A stretch of DNA of 64,000 bases from Eledone cirrhosa (Eukaryota). Below, piece after piece: positions 1 through 11,776 of this stretch. The stretch is from positions 206,646,001-206,710,000 of the forward strand of contig OZ024742.1 of the NCBI GenBank assembly GCA_964016885.1, read 5' to 3'. Made by a program: the position numbers and the translations under genes. Each line of letters opens with the position of its first letter. The stretch's first letter is position 1. The notes below the pieces were generated by a model. It ran no database searches and had not been told where the DNA came from. It was given only the letters and a program-made list of their open reading frames with translations.

Positions 1-641
1 AAGGAAGAGGGCATCAGTGGTGCCTTTTCCTGGTACAAACCCAAATTGCATCTCATCTAGTTTCACCCAGTCCCTAATAAACTGTGTTATAACTCTTTCT
101 GATACTTTCATGACCTGGTCCATCATCTTTATACTTCTATAGTTTCCTCTATCTAGTACATCGCCTTTACCTTTGTAACAGTTGACAAGGATGCTGCTGC
201 ACCAATCCTTTGGTATGATACCCTCTAGTATTACCTGGTTAACAATTCGTGCCTTCAGCATCTCGGCAGCTATATCCGATGGACCGGTTGCCTTCCCTGT
301 CTTCATATCTTTGATTGCCTTTCTTACTACGCTGCTGCTGACTTGTACTGCTGGCCCCTCTATAGTTCCGCTTGGGGTAGGGTCTCTTTTTCCCATGCAT
401 TCTCCTCGTTTAATAATCTTTCATAATGGCTCTTCCATACAGCTTTCTTCTCGGCACCTGTGAGGGCCAGCTCACCATTATCATTCCGGATACACTTTTC
501 TCCAATGACATCACAATTCTCTCTGACACACTGCCTTGCAATCTTCAACACCTCTTGTTTCTGGTCCTCACGTTGTAAAACATGCTTGCATTTTCTGTCC
601 TCTGCTTCCCTTCTAGCTAAGTATACTTGTCGCCTAGCTAC
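1..641 (-). mobile_element. RTE-clade LINE fragment (linker and start of RT), runs off window start
   Basis: Minus-strand peptide ARRQVYLARREAE...EKCIRNDNGEL...WKSHYERLLNEEN matches the RTE copy at 36739-37191; bases 1-240 are the reverse complement of the RT start seen at 28810-29060. Confidence 0.85.
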
Positions 642-775
642 AGCTATGAGGCAGGAGTTGGCTACCAACAAGTGTGAGCCCTGTGAGAGGGAGTGGCTGT
701 TCCAACATTTCTCCTTCAGCATCCTCTCTGGTAATGCCTTCTCCATCCTGTCAGCCAGGACATCAAGGTGGACTG
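642..775 (+). mobile_element. CRE-like (RLE) non-LTR retrotransposon C-terminal remnant
   Basis: Peptide ELATNKCEPCEREWLFQHFSFSILSGNAFSIL resembles the E..WLFQRLS..I..GNA.SIL terminus of CRE-clade ORFs. Confidence 0.5.
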
Positions 776-927
776 ATCCTTGAACAGTGAGTAATATACA
801 CAGATCACACATTCGGTTACCCACACCCATACATGCATGCCAAGAAAGGTAATGTTGACCTGGGAAACATTTGAATTCATTTCATATATGTGTAATATCA
901 TTATATATAACAAATCAAGGTGTAGTG

Positions 928-1116
928 CGAGTGTTGGATGTAAAGTTCATAGGCTGATTATCAAGTAGTGATGCTAGGGCTGTGAAATTTTGCATGCATT
1001 AATTTCAACTTTTCTTATTAATGACTGCATTGTTTGTTTCCAGCGACTATGTTGGAAAATAAAGCTCATTTGGTAATTCCATGAGAGTATCTTGGTCAGC
1101 CTATGAACTTGTCATC
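928..1116. mobile_element. Degenerate Tc1/mariner-type MITE
   Basis: Inverted repeat AAGTTCATAGGCTGA (943-957) / TCAGCCTATGAACTT (1096-1110). Confidence 0.4.
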
Positions 1117-1449
1117 TTTAGCATTATTCAAAATAGCTTTGCTCAAAATGAATGGAACCATGAAATACACACATATTGCTTCATACATTTCAATTAAATA
1201 ATGAAAACCTTGGAGGGATTTAGCAAAATAACTAACTTTGTCAATCTTGAGTTGGTGCTTGGAACATAACAAAAAGAAATAAAATAAAAGTATAGCATGC
1301 ATAGCATAATCCCACAATTCCTGATAGTGTCATAGGGGCGTTGTTCTGACACACAGTGTTTCTTGGGCCTTTTAAGCCTGACGGAGCCCATCCCTCTCCA
1401 GGCCTGATTTCTTCCAGAGAAAGATAGAAAGTAAGAGAGAGACATAGAG

Positions 1450-1580
1450 GAAGAATCGACCCTAGTACTAGACTGGTATGTTTTTATCAATCTCGAAAGG
1501 ATGAAAGGCAAAGTTGACCTTGGCAGAATTTGAACTGGAAGGAATACCATAAAGCATTCTATCTAACGTTATAATGACGG
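1450..1580 (-). mobile_element. tRNA-derived SINE fragment
   Basis: Reverse complement of the GTTCAAAT...CCTTTCATCC...GAT.AAA...TACCAG core seen in the copy at 22580-22780. Confidence 0.65.
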
Positions 1581-2490
1581 TATAATTTGTTGCCTTAAGT
1601 TTAAGTATAAATATCTTAGATATAAGTCCAACCCTTGCAAGCAGGGAAAAGCGGACGTAAAATGAAAAATGAAATGATGATAATAGGTTTTGTAAATAAA
1701 CCAAAAGTTATCTGAAGTGGGATGGCATGTATAAGATTAAGCCAATATCATAGTGTTAGAGTCAGAATCTTAAAAGTCAAATATTTTATTGAGCTTTAAT
1801 ATATAAACAGTAAATAGGAAGGTAATGAAAGCCAGTTAACAGTACGAAGATGGAGAAAAATACATTTATACACTATTTCAGCTTTAACAAGACCTAATTA
1901 TGAAATAAAAAATTGTATAATATGCACAGTCCATCTAGCTGTAAATTGATACCAACAGGAACTACAGCTCATTGATGTAAGCTATGGGAGCACTGCATAA
2001 ATTTGTGTTAGTTTGTAATGCTTAGCTCTAATCTTCCCATGGGTGTAGTTTTCAGTGGGATAGGCTTCGTGTGAGCTGGCTTGCTCTAGACAAACTACAT
2101 CACTACATGATAATCAGGTCTGTAGTGGTTTCCCAACAGACTAATGGGTTATAGAACACACCTATGTGTGTGTGTGTTTATATATATATAATTATAAGTG
2201 TGAAGAACAAACAGACAAAATTTACCTAATTTTTCCTTATATATATATTTACACATATATATGTTCACATACACTCACATATACACACATGGCTGGTAAC
2301 CCATGATGTGGAGGAATATTTTTGGTAAGTGGAAGCGGCAGATTATTTTGATTTCCAGCTGGAATAATTTCATTATGTGCTAATACCCGTGGGTAGAGCC
2401 TGAATGCCACATGTTTCTGTTTCCTCTCCCTTATAATTCAAAGGCTTCATGCTTAATTTAAAAATCCATACTCTTATTACTATTATTATT

Positions 2491-3597
2491 TGTCAACACT
2501 CTCTATGCGATGGGCTTAGTATGCTGTAGTGGAAAATGGACAGGTATATGTTGAGGTGGTACGGGGGGATCATCTGCAGGCATTACTCTATTGAGAGCAG
2601 GTGTGGGTGCTTTATATCAAACACATTTTCCTATAGCTCATCTCTTTAACAAAACTGCATTTTCCTAAAGCTAAGGGCCTAACATCTGGAATGTTGTCAG
2701 GCGCTCACAGTCCTATACAAATTGGGCAATGTAGCTGGTTGGATGTTAATTCTTGCATTCTATAGGTGATTAGTATTGGATGAGAGATTGGACATCTTTG
2801 GGGTGATTCTAGATGATGAAGAGGATATTATGAGCTGTCTTTTTAGAGAACTTTTCGCTCAGGGGACTATGGACAACTTTCAGAAATCTCTAGCCTGTCA
2901 GAGATACTAGAGAGCGCTGCCTGTTTGAGATAAACTCTACAGGTGCAGAAGTACCATCAGCCAAACATGCGTGCGATGTGTCCATTGTGACAAAACTATC
3001 CTGCATGCTCTTGTGACGTGTTTGAGCATTGCTGATCTGTGTGTTTGTGTTGAACAGTGGTTGTTGATATAGAACAAATTTGGTTATCAGCTGAGTCCAT
3101 TGTGAAGACTACCCCACCACTTTGATTTGGAAGGGCAGGTAATTTTCTTTTGTCTGGTAAAAGAGGTATTGTGGAGGACGAAATTAAAAGGACTGGTGAC
3201 TGACACATTTGGCTTCTACCAATTGCTCATCAACATCTTAGAGAATAAGATGAGGGTGGGATAGTAGTTGATGTTCTCCAGTATACCTGCTGAAACATAG
3301 GTGAGAGTGGTGAGTATGGTCCACATGAATGGGCCTACTCTAAGCATATAACTGCAGACTGGAGAACATAGTAGAGAGAGGATTCATGGTCTTGGCAGTA
3401 AAGGTAATCCAGGATCTGTAGAATTCCTTGATTGGGTGCATCTTTCTTTCATTTCTCCTTTTGTGTTTATTTTGTTTTTCATGCTTGTGTTTCTCATATT
3501 TGATTCTATAAACATCCACTGTCTTTGTAATTTGTGCTTGTAATGTCTCATCTCTTACCTTTGTGGCAATAATAAGGAAAGGATTATTATTATTATT
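2491..3597 (+). mobile_element. 5'-truncated, old Tx1-like LINE
   Basis: Starts at TGTCAACAC (CQH motif of ORF2) directly after an ATT run; contains ATGGACAACTTTCAGAAATCTCTAGCC (MDNFQKSLA); ends AATAAT...(ATT)n. Confidence 0.8.
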
Positions 3598-3805
3598 TTT
3601 CAGTAGTCATATTTTTATTGCATGGTTTTCTCAGAGAACCCAACAGAGATATATGCACTTTGAGCACATGTAGTGCTTGTTTCACTTTTGTATTTATTTT
3701 CTATTGTGTTTACTCAACATAATATATGTGCAGTGACTTATAGTGTTATTTTTTGTTATATTGTATATAACGATCCTAAGATTTTGGTTATCATCATTAT
3801 TATAT

Positions 3806-4713
3806 TGAAATCCTGGGTCAAGTGGAGACCTAGGGGGAGCGTTTAGAGGCTAGAATATCATCAGGTGCTCACAGCCTTCAGCTAATTGTGCACTATGATT
3901 CATGGAAATTCCACCTTGGCGATCTATAGAGGGTTAGTAATGGGTAAATGTGACAATGTTCTTGGGGAAATTGTGGTTATCAATGAAAATCAACTATCAA
4001 TTCTCTTCCTCAGGACTTTCAGTCCAAGGCCTATGGATAATGTCTAGAAATCCCTGGACTGGCAGTTCTACAGGCTTGGAAGTACCATCAACTGGGCATG
4101 TCCAAGATACGTGCAGGGTGACAAAACCATCATGCATCCAGTGTCTGAATATCGCTGGCTTTATCTCAAACACCTGCTGTCAGATGTAGGATAAATCCAA
4201 ATGTCAACTGAGTCCATCGTCAAAATCGCCCTGCTGCCCTTCTTTAGCCAGGAAGGGAAGGCTGTCTTTTGACTCTGGTGGCCATGGGGAAAGAGGTCGT
4301 ATGGTGGATACATCTAAAAGGGCTGAATACTTTCCTTTTTGGCATCCCCCTGATTAACTTCTTCGGGTTTCACTTGAAGAGGAAAATCAAGGTGGAGAAG
4401 GAAGTGCTACCTTCAAAGCAATTTGTTGAATGGTGGCTGAATATGTGCCTGTAGATTGAGGGAGGACATCTGGGAGAGGGCACTTGCCCTGGCAGTCAGA
4501 GTGGCTGTGGCTTTTGTGGGCTTTCTCCACGACTAACCCTCGGAAGTTTCCCCTCTTTTGTTTCTTTTTTTTTATCACATCCTTTTTTTTTGCTTTATAT
4601 TCAATTTTAATGTGCAGTAACCCACATTGTTCCAATCTGTGCTGTCTTTAATGTATTTATGTATACCCTTTGTGGTCAATAAAGAAATTATTATTATCAT
4701 CATCATTATTATT
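3806..4713 (+). mobile_element. 5'-truncated, old Tx1-like LINE
   Basis: Peptide LVAMGKEVVWWIHLKGL...FHLKRKIKVEKEVL matches the ORF2 C-terminus; 3' end GGTCAATAAAGAAATTATTATT. Confidence 0.8.
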
Positions 4714-5207
4714 CTTTGAGTGTCAGTCATTGATATTATTTAACTGTAAAGTTTGTTGAAATGAATATCAAGTCGCTACCTGCAGCCTCAGATATTCAGG
4801 ACGTATCGGAGGGTTCTTGCTGTTCCCAGCAAGCATGCCTTTTGAAGTGTTCCAAAAAAACGGGGCTGGACTAATCTTCTTTAACCATCCTTGGAAACTC
4901 TTTGAGATAGTACCTAGTGCTCCTATGACAATCGGGACGACCTTGATCTCATGGCAGTTCCCTATCCTTTTTAACTCCCACTTTAAATCCTGGTATCGGT
5001 TAATTTTCTCCTTCTCCTTTTGTTGCACTCTCGTGTCAAAGGGGCAGGCTACATCTACAATCAGGCGCGATCTTTTTTCCTTGTCCAAAACCACCAGGTC
5101 AGGCCTATTGTGTTCTAATTTCTTGTCCGTCTGTATCCTAAAATCACCAACTCTGTCTTATGCTCATACTACTTCTCAGAATGTGGTAAATTCTTTAGTT
5201 TGCAGAT
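4714..5207 (-). mobile_element. R4/Dong-like RLE retrotransposon, 3' fragment
   Basis: RPDLVV..K...IVDVACPFD...EKINRYQDL...PIVIGALG restriction-like endonuclease; near-identical 3' UTR to the copy at 63260-63342; abuts (ATT)n. Confidence 0.85.
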
Positions 5208-5231
5208 TTCTTATCATATCATATTATTATT

Positions 5232-6011
5232 GTGCTACCGGGGGGCACTGCCGGTTCAGGATAAACTCTACAGGCACGGAAGTGCTGTCAGACGGACCTG
5301 CCCAAGATGCGCACAGAACGACGAAACCGTTCTGCACGCACTTGTCCAATGTCCGTGCATTACTGACTTGTGGAGTTATGTCGAACAGCTACTGTCGCGT
5401 GTGGAACGAATCCGGTTATCGGCCGAGTCCATAGTGAAGATCGATCTACCGCCTTCCTTAGGTCAGAAGAGCATGAAATTTTCCTCTGTCTGGTGGAAGT
5501 TGCAAAAGAGGTTGTATGGTGGAAGAGGTTAAAAGGACTGAAGACAGACACTTTTCTCTTCGGCCAATCCCTCATCAACTTCTTCAAGTTTCACATGGAA
5601 AGGAAGGTGAGGGTGGAGAGAGAAGTGCTGCCCCCCAGTACATTTGCTACAAGGTGGGTGAATGTGGCGAGAATGGCTCGTGTGAATGGGCCTACTCTGA
5701 CCATGCGCCTATAGGCTAGCTAACTTGAGGAGAAGGGTGCTCTCCCTGGGTGCCCTAGAAGCGCAGGGTGGTTCAGGATTGGTGGGGTACCCGAGTCACC
5801 CCAGAGTCGTCCACCCCCTATCGGGGAATTTATTTTGTTATATTTATGCATAGTTTATTTTATATTTTTATATTTTCATTGTTAAATTAGTCTTGCCATT
5901 GTGCACTTTTACTCCACCTTATTGTAAACCCCCACTGTCCCTGTCTTTGTATTGTCCCCTACATGTCGGCCTTTGTGGCTAATAAATGAAATCATTATTA
6001 TTATTATTATT
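5232..6011 (+). mobile_element. 5'-truncated Tx1-like LINE (same subfamily as 57026-61365)
   Basis: [16 protein letters not shown]...CPRCAQNDETVLHALVQC zinc finger; 3' UTR matches the reverse complement of 57053-57330; (ATT)n tail. Confidence 0.88.
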
Positions 6012-6227
6012 GAATGCCATGGTTGACGGAGGCTCGGCTCTGTAAGGTATAGTAATTTTTAACCGTTAAAACAATTGTAAATTGTTTAAAACTTGAACCA
6101 AATTGTTGATAAAGACACCCTCCTCCTCGTGAGAGGGGTCTTTCTGTCCGTTATTTGGCCCTTCGGGGTTAAATAACCAGTTATTGGGGTTTTGTACCCA
6201 AAATTTCATTTTAAACAAAAAAACAAC

Positions 6228-8321
6228 ATGGCTACGAAAAAGAAATTTCATACGTCACTCCCACTCATTCCGTCTTCTTCTTCCTCAATCATCACTACAG
6301 CAGAGAGAAGATTGTCTCTCTCCCTCCCTTCTTTAAATGTGTCTCTCTCCCTCCCTTCTCTTTCGCAAGTGACGAAAGAAAAGAAAAGTCTCGTGCAAAG
6401 CGTGCAAAGTTTCTCCACGACGACGACGACAGCGACGAAACAGGTGTGCGGGAAATACGAAAACCCAGTTCATTCGTCTGACGTCAGGAATAATAGCAGT
6501 AGCAGCCGTAATAACAACAGCAACAGTGACAATGAAAACAACAGTAGCAGCCGCAACAGCATCACCAGCAGCATAAACAACAACAGCATTAGCAGCAGCA
6601 ACACCAACAACAACCACAGCAACAGCGGCGGAGGCAGTAGTCGTAGTACCTGGAGCAACAACAAAAGTACCAGCAGCTCTGACGACAACAACAACAGCAG
6701 AGAAAAACCAATCTCATTTGCAGGTATTGCGAAAAACTTGGAAACAATCCTCATAACAAATGAGGAATTAGAGGAAGCGAAGAAGATGGTTACAAAGAAC
6801 GGACACCGAGCAATCTGCAAGGCAGCGGAAAAATTTTTCGAAACCCAAGAGCACTGTACGGTCACGTACCGTACAGTAAGTACAAAATCCCGTAGGGTGG
6901 AAAGAGCCACAGAGGCCCAAATACAAAAAGCCTTGGGGTCTGTGTGGCAGCGGAAAACGCACATCACCCGAGGCAAAAAATATGCCACCGTAGACGTACT
7001 TTTTGCCACACCCCAGGAGGCAAAGGCCCAATCAGTAGTGACCCTAAGGAGCGAGGAAATGGTGTTGGTGCCCTCCTACTGTGGGCAAAAAATTGTGAGG
7101 GTCAAACTAACCCACGTCCCCCCCGGAATGACCCCTTCTTGGCTGGCCGCGTCTGTCCTCGTCGGAATCGAGGACAAAACAACTGTACTGCAAGTACAGA
7201 AAAAAGTAAGAGAAGATTGGGTCGGCTCCTCCATTGAGATGCTAATCCAAACCAACCAGGAGTGCATCGAAGCTATCCCGGATGTGATAGACTTCGATAA
7301 CGGCACTCAACTGCCCATAAGTGTTGAGGGCAAACGCCCGAAATGCTTTCGCTGTGGATCGAAGACTCACCTCAGGGCCTTCTGCAACGAGAAGACCCTG
7401 AGAAAGGAGAAAACCCCCCTCCTTCCGAATCCGGCTCCACGGCTGCCAGCAACAGGACAAGCGGCAACCAGGAACGATAGGTCCGTGGCACCCATACCCA
7501 CTCCACGGAAATCAAAAACAGCAGCAGCAGTGGAAATATTAACAACAACAACAGCAATACCAAATGCAGCTGCAACAGAGACTCCAGTGCAAACATCACC
7601 AACAACAAGTGAAAGAGTGGAGCTGGTACCCCTCCCCGACCTCACAGAATCAGACATGGAGTGTGAGGTGGGAGAGGGATGGCAAAAGGTCGTAAGAAGG
7701 CACAAACGCAGAAGCAGCGCATCGTCGCCTTTGAAAAGGGAGGAAAGAAATGAGAAAAGGGTAAAGTCTACTGCAAAGAGACCCACAGCAGCAACACCAC
7801 CAACACCATCACCACCCACACCAGCACCACCATCACCACCGGCGACAACCCCACCGCCAACAACACCTTCAACACCACCACCACAAGCACCAACATCGCA
7901 AACACAACAACAAAACACACACACCCAGCAACAACGACAAGAAAATAGCAGAACCACACCCCACCCCCAGAAAAACAAATGCACGGCAATAAACACACAC
8001 AACAAGAAACTAATGACTTACATAATTGAACACACAGACATTTCACAACAGGACTACATAATACCAGCACCAATCAAAACGCCAACTAACATAAGACTGC
8101 TAAAAATAGCACAGAAACAATACACAAACATTAAAACGAAATTCCCCAACGCAGTTGGTGATTTCAGGGACCTAGGAGGAACCATCAATCGAAGAGTATA
8201 TTCAGACATTCTCTTAGAAGAGCCGACGACCAGCCGAAGGGACGATTCAACGGTCCCTTCACCAGACGATCAAGTGAAAAGGGATGTAAAAACCATCCCT
8301 CCTCTACCAAAAGTACGGTAA
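6228..8321 (+). CDS. ORF1p, gag-like nucleic-acid chaperone with CCHC knuckle
   Basis: Long open frame (ORF track 6192-8321; first ATG 6228 in AACATGG); CFRCGSKTHLRAFC = CX2CX4HX4C; Asn/Ser-rich N-terminus and Pro/Thr-rich linker. Confidence 0.85.
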   Translation: MATKKKFHTSLPLIPSSSSSIITTAERRLSLSLPSLNVSLSLPSLSQVTKEKKSLVQSVQSFSTTTTTATKQVCGKYENPVHSSDVRNNSSSSRNNNSNSDNENNSSSRNSITSSINNNSISSSNTNNNHSNSGGGSSRSTWSNNKSTSSSDDNNNSREKPISFAGIAKNLETILITNEELEEAKKMVTKNGHRAICKAAEKFFETQEHCTVTYRTVSTKSRRVERATEAQIQKALGSVWQRKTHITRGKKYATVDVLFATPQEAKAQSVVTLRSEEMVLVPSYCGQKIVRVKLTHVPPGMTPSWLAASVLVGIEDKTTVLQVQKKVREDWVGSSIEMLIQTNQECIEAIPDVIDFDNGTQLPISVEGKRPKCFRCGSKTHLRAFCNEKTLRKEKTPLLPNPAPRLPATGQAATRNDRSVAPIPTPRKSKTAAAVEILTTTTAIPNAAATETPVQTSPTTSERVELVPLPDLTESDMECEVGEGWQKVVRRHKRRSSASSPLKREERNEKRVKSTAKRPTAATPPTPSPPTPAPPSPPATTPPPTTPSTPPPQAPTSQTQQQNTHTQQQRQENSRTTPHPQKNKCTAINTHNKKLMTYIIEHTDISQQDYIIPAPIKTPTNIRLLKIAQKQYTNIKTKFPNAVGDFRDLGGTINRRVYSDILLEEPTTSRRDDSTVPSPDDQVKRDVKTIPPLPKVR

Positions 8322-8356
8322 GTGGTCTTTCCCATCTTTTCCACTCTATTTTAAAC

Positions 8357-11300
8357 ATGACCTCACTCAGAATAGGCAGCATAAATGCGCGTGGCTTGGG
8401 GTCGTCATGGAAGCAGGGTCACCTGCTCAACAACCTCAGGTCACTAAACATAGATGTAGTGGCCATCAGCGAGACCAGAATCTCCGAAGCACGGGCCTTC
8501 GCACCGATCTTCGGCGGCTACGATGTGTACGCATCTCCCAGCCGTCCTGGATCGGGTGGAGGAGTTGCTGTGCTTTTTCGGAGAGGTTTGGATCTCGCCA
8601 TACGGGCCATCTTCCTGGACCCAGAGGGTAAGCTGGTGGTGCTGGACGTGACCAGCGGAGACGGGCAAGCTTTCAGGCTAGTGGCCGTCTATGCCCCGAC
8701 AGGAGCAGGGCGGCCTGATTTCTTCCGGCGTCTGGAGACCTTTCTTGGAACGTCCCGCTCTTTAGTGTTAGTGGGCGACTGGAACGGGATCTTAGATGCA
8801 CGCTGGGACTGTGTGGGATTAGCGGATAGGGGTGGAGGGTGCAAGAGCCTCACCAACCTGCTCAGGCGTTTTGAACTGTCTGACAGGTACCGATTGGATT
8901 TCCCGAATGTGCCAATGTGGACTTGGACAAACCGCATAGGGTCATCCAGATCATATCTAGATAGAGTATTTTGTAGGGAAATAGATAGGTCTAGCATAGG
9001 CTGTCCACAATTCAAGATAGTCAGCTACACGGACCACAAATTCGTGACCTGTGTGCTTGACTTAGATAGGCTTCATAGACGAGGACCCGGCTACTGGAAG
9101 CTAAACGCGTCCTTACCAGCGCGCAAGGCCTACAGAGACCGGATTAGCGAACTAGTTAAGCGGGCGTTGACGGGGGCCATCGTCAACAACAAGTGGTGGT
9201 TTGCTCTGAAAAGAGCGATTAGAATAGAATCGATTAGGTTTAGTAAGGCTTTAGCAATAGAGAAAAATAGAGCAGAGGGAGAACTAGTTAGAAAATTAGA
9301 CGAGGCGCTTAGCAAAGGCATTGCGACCGACGTGCTTGCGGCGAAATTGGCCCTTGACCAATTCTTCAATGCAAAGCACGAAGGCTGCGTTGTCAGAGCT
9401 AGGGTGCGTGCTCTCAGACACGAGGGGACGAAAGCCGTTTAATGGGCCCGAGTGGCGGAGGCGCGTCGTGGCAACAAAGTCACGATCCGGTCTTTGGTGG
9501 ACCACGACGGGCGCATGCTACTCGATCCCGGGAAAATGTGTGAAGCTTTTCAGCGACACTTCGCTCAGCTGTTCGGGGGCAGCGGGGGGCCGGGTAGAGG
9601 GATGGACTTTAGTGCCTACCTCGACGGACTGCCGCGGCTCTCGGCCACTGAGGCGAAGTGTTGCGAAAAGCCGATAACAGCCGCTGAAGTACGGGAGGCA
9701 ATGACTGGCTGCACAAGGGGTAAATCGCCTGGTTTGGATGGTCTGCCCTATGAACTTTACGTACAGATGCCAGACTTGTTCGGAGGCCTCTTGGCGGACG
9801 TCTACTGCAACTGGCAACAGAACGGGAGAATTCCCAGTTCTGTGAGCCGAGGAGCGGTGGCACTGCTGAGAAAGGATCCGAACAAGGGGGATAACATAGA
9901 CAATTTCCGGCCCATAACTCTGCTAAACACAGAGTTTAAGATTTTGGCCAAGGTGCTAGCAAAGAGGTTGGCGCTTGTCGTTGGTGGTCTGGTGGGAGAG
10001 GCGCAGACATGCGCCATTCCCGACAGATCCATCCACGACAACCTCCACCTCATGCGATACATCGTAGAGAGGGTAGCTAGGGAACCTGGCACGGGTGGGT
10101 CCTTGATCAATTTAGATCAGTCGAAAGCTTTCGATAGGGTCGACCATCGTTACCTAGCGGCAGTCCTGAGGGCGGCTGGCTTTGGGCCCGTCTTCAGAGG
10201 CTGGATCGCTGCCATGCACAGCGACATCTGCTCTGTGGTGAGAGTGAACGGTCACCTGTCGGAACCGTTCAACATCATGCGCTCGGTCCGCCAAGGATGT
10301 CCCCTCTCGTCCCTCTTGTACGTATTGACTCTCGAGCCATTACTGCACAAACTGGAGACGTTGAGGGGAGTCCCGCGCGAACTAGGATGCGGAAGATCCG
10401 TGTCAGCATATGCGGACGATGTCACCGTAGTGGTGTCGAACGCCAAACACATCGAGGCGATCGGCACTACACTAAGAGAATACGAAGCGGTGACAGGAGC
10501 AATGATCAACCAGGAAAAGTCAGTGGGCCTGCAGCTCGGCACCTGGAGAGGCAGGTCCATGCCGTCCAACAGCGTCGTCGGGCGCTGGACGGACGGACCG
10601 GTTAAATTGCTAGGGGTCTGGTTCGGTCCGGACCTCCAGACGGACAAAAACTGGGACGAGGTGACGAGCAGGGTGGCTTCTCTCACCCAGAAATGGGCGG
10701 AGAGGAAGCTATCCCTGAAAGGTCGAGCGGAGGTGGCTAACGCGTACATCGCGTCTGTCATCTGCTACCGCCTAACCGTCGTACCTTGTCCTAAGCCTCG
10801 CCTGACTGCGCTGGAGCGTTTGCTCTTTCGCTTTTTGTGGAAGGGACGTGCTCCGATGGTCAGGCGGTCCATCTGTTGTCAACACCCGCTACGTGGAGGG
10901 CTGGGCATGCCGTGGCTGATGATGCGCAGGCACGCGCTCAGGCTACGACATCTCCACCTCTTCCTCGACGGTGATCAGGTGTGGTCGCCGTTTGCTAGAC
11001 GCGTTTTTCCCCAGCTCGTTTCCTTGACGGAGCTGCAGTCCTGGGTCAAGCGAAGACCGAGAGGGAGCGCCTGGAGACTGGAATGTCTTCAGGCGCTCAC
11101 AGCCCTCGACCAATCGGGCAATGTGATCGGTGGAAACTCCACCTCGGCGTTCTATAGAGGATTAGTGGAGGGGAAGAGCGACGACGTACTTGGGGAAACT
11201 CTAGGCGTCGACGAAAATCAACTAGCCAATCTCTTCGGAAGAACTTTCGGGCCGGGGCCTATGGACAACTTCCAGAAATCTCTGGCCTGGCAGTGCTACC

Positions 11301-11776
11301 GAGGAGCCTTGCCAGTTCGGGATAAACTCTACAGGCATGGAGGTGCCGTCAGCCGGGCATGTCCGAGATGCGCGCAGGGCGACGAAACCGTCCTGCACGC
11401 ACTCGTCCAGTGTCCGAAAATTGCTGACTTGTGGGTTTATGTCGAACACCTGCTGTCGCGTTTAGGACGGATCCAGCTATCATCTGAGTCTATCGTGAGG
11501 ATTGCCCCGCCCTCCTCCTTTAGCCGGGAAGGGCAGGCAGTTTTTATCTGTCTGGTGGCCATGGCGAAAGAGATAGTATGGTGGACACGTTTGAAAGGGC
11601 TGAAGACGAGCACTTACCTCTTCGGTGATGCTCTGATTGACTTTTTCAAATTTCATTTGAAAAGGAAAATCAGAGTAGAGAGGGAAGTGCTCTCTTCCCA
11701 GCATTTTGTTGAAAGATGGGTGAGAGAAGCAAGAATGGCCCGAGTGAATGGGCCGACTCTGAGTATATATCTGTAA
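8357..11776 (+). pseudogene. ORF2p (APE endonuclease + reverse transcriptase + zinc finger) split by TAA at 9440-9442
   Basis: ISET, GDWNG, YLDR, TDHK (APE); [36 protein letters not shown] (RT); CPRC..HALVQC; 8357-9442 and 9452-11776 are in the same frame. Confidence 0.92.
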
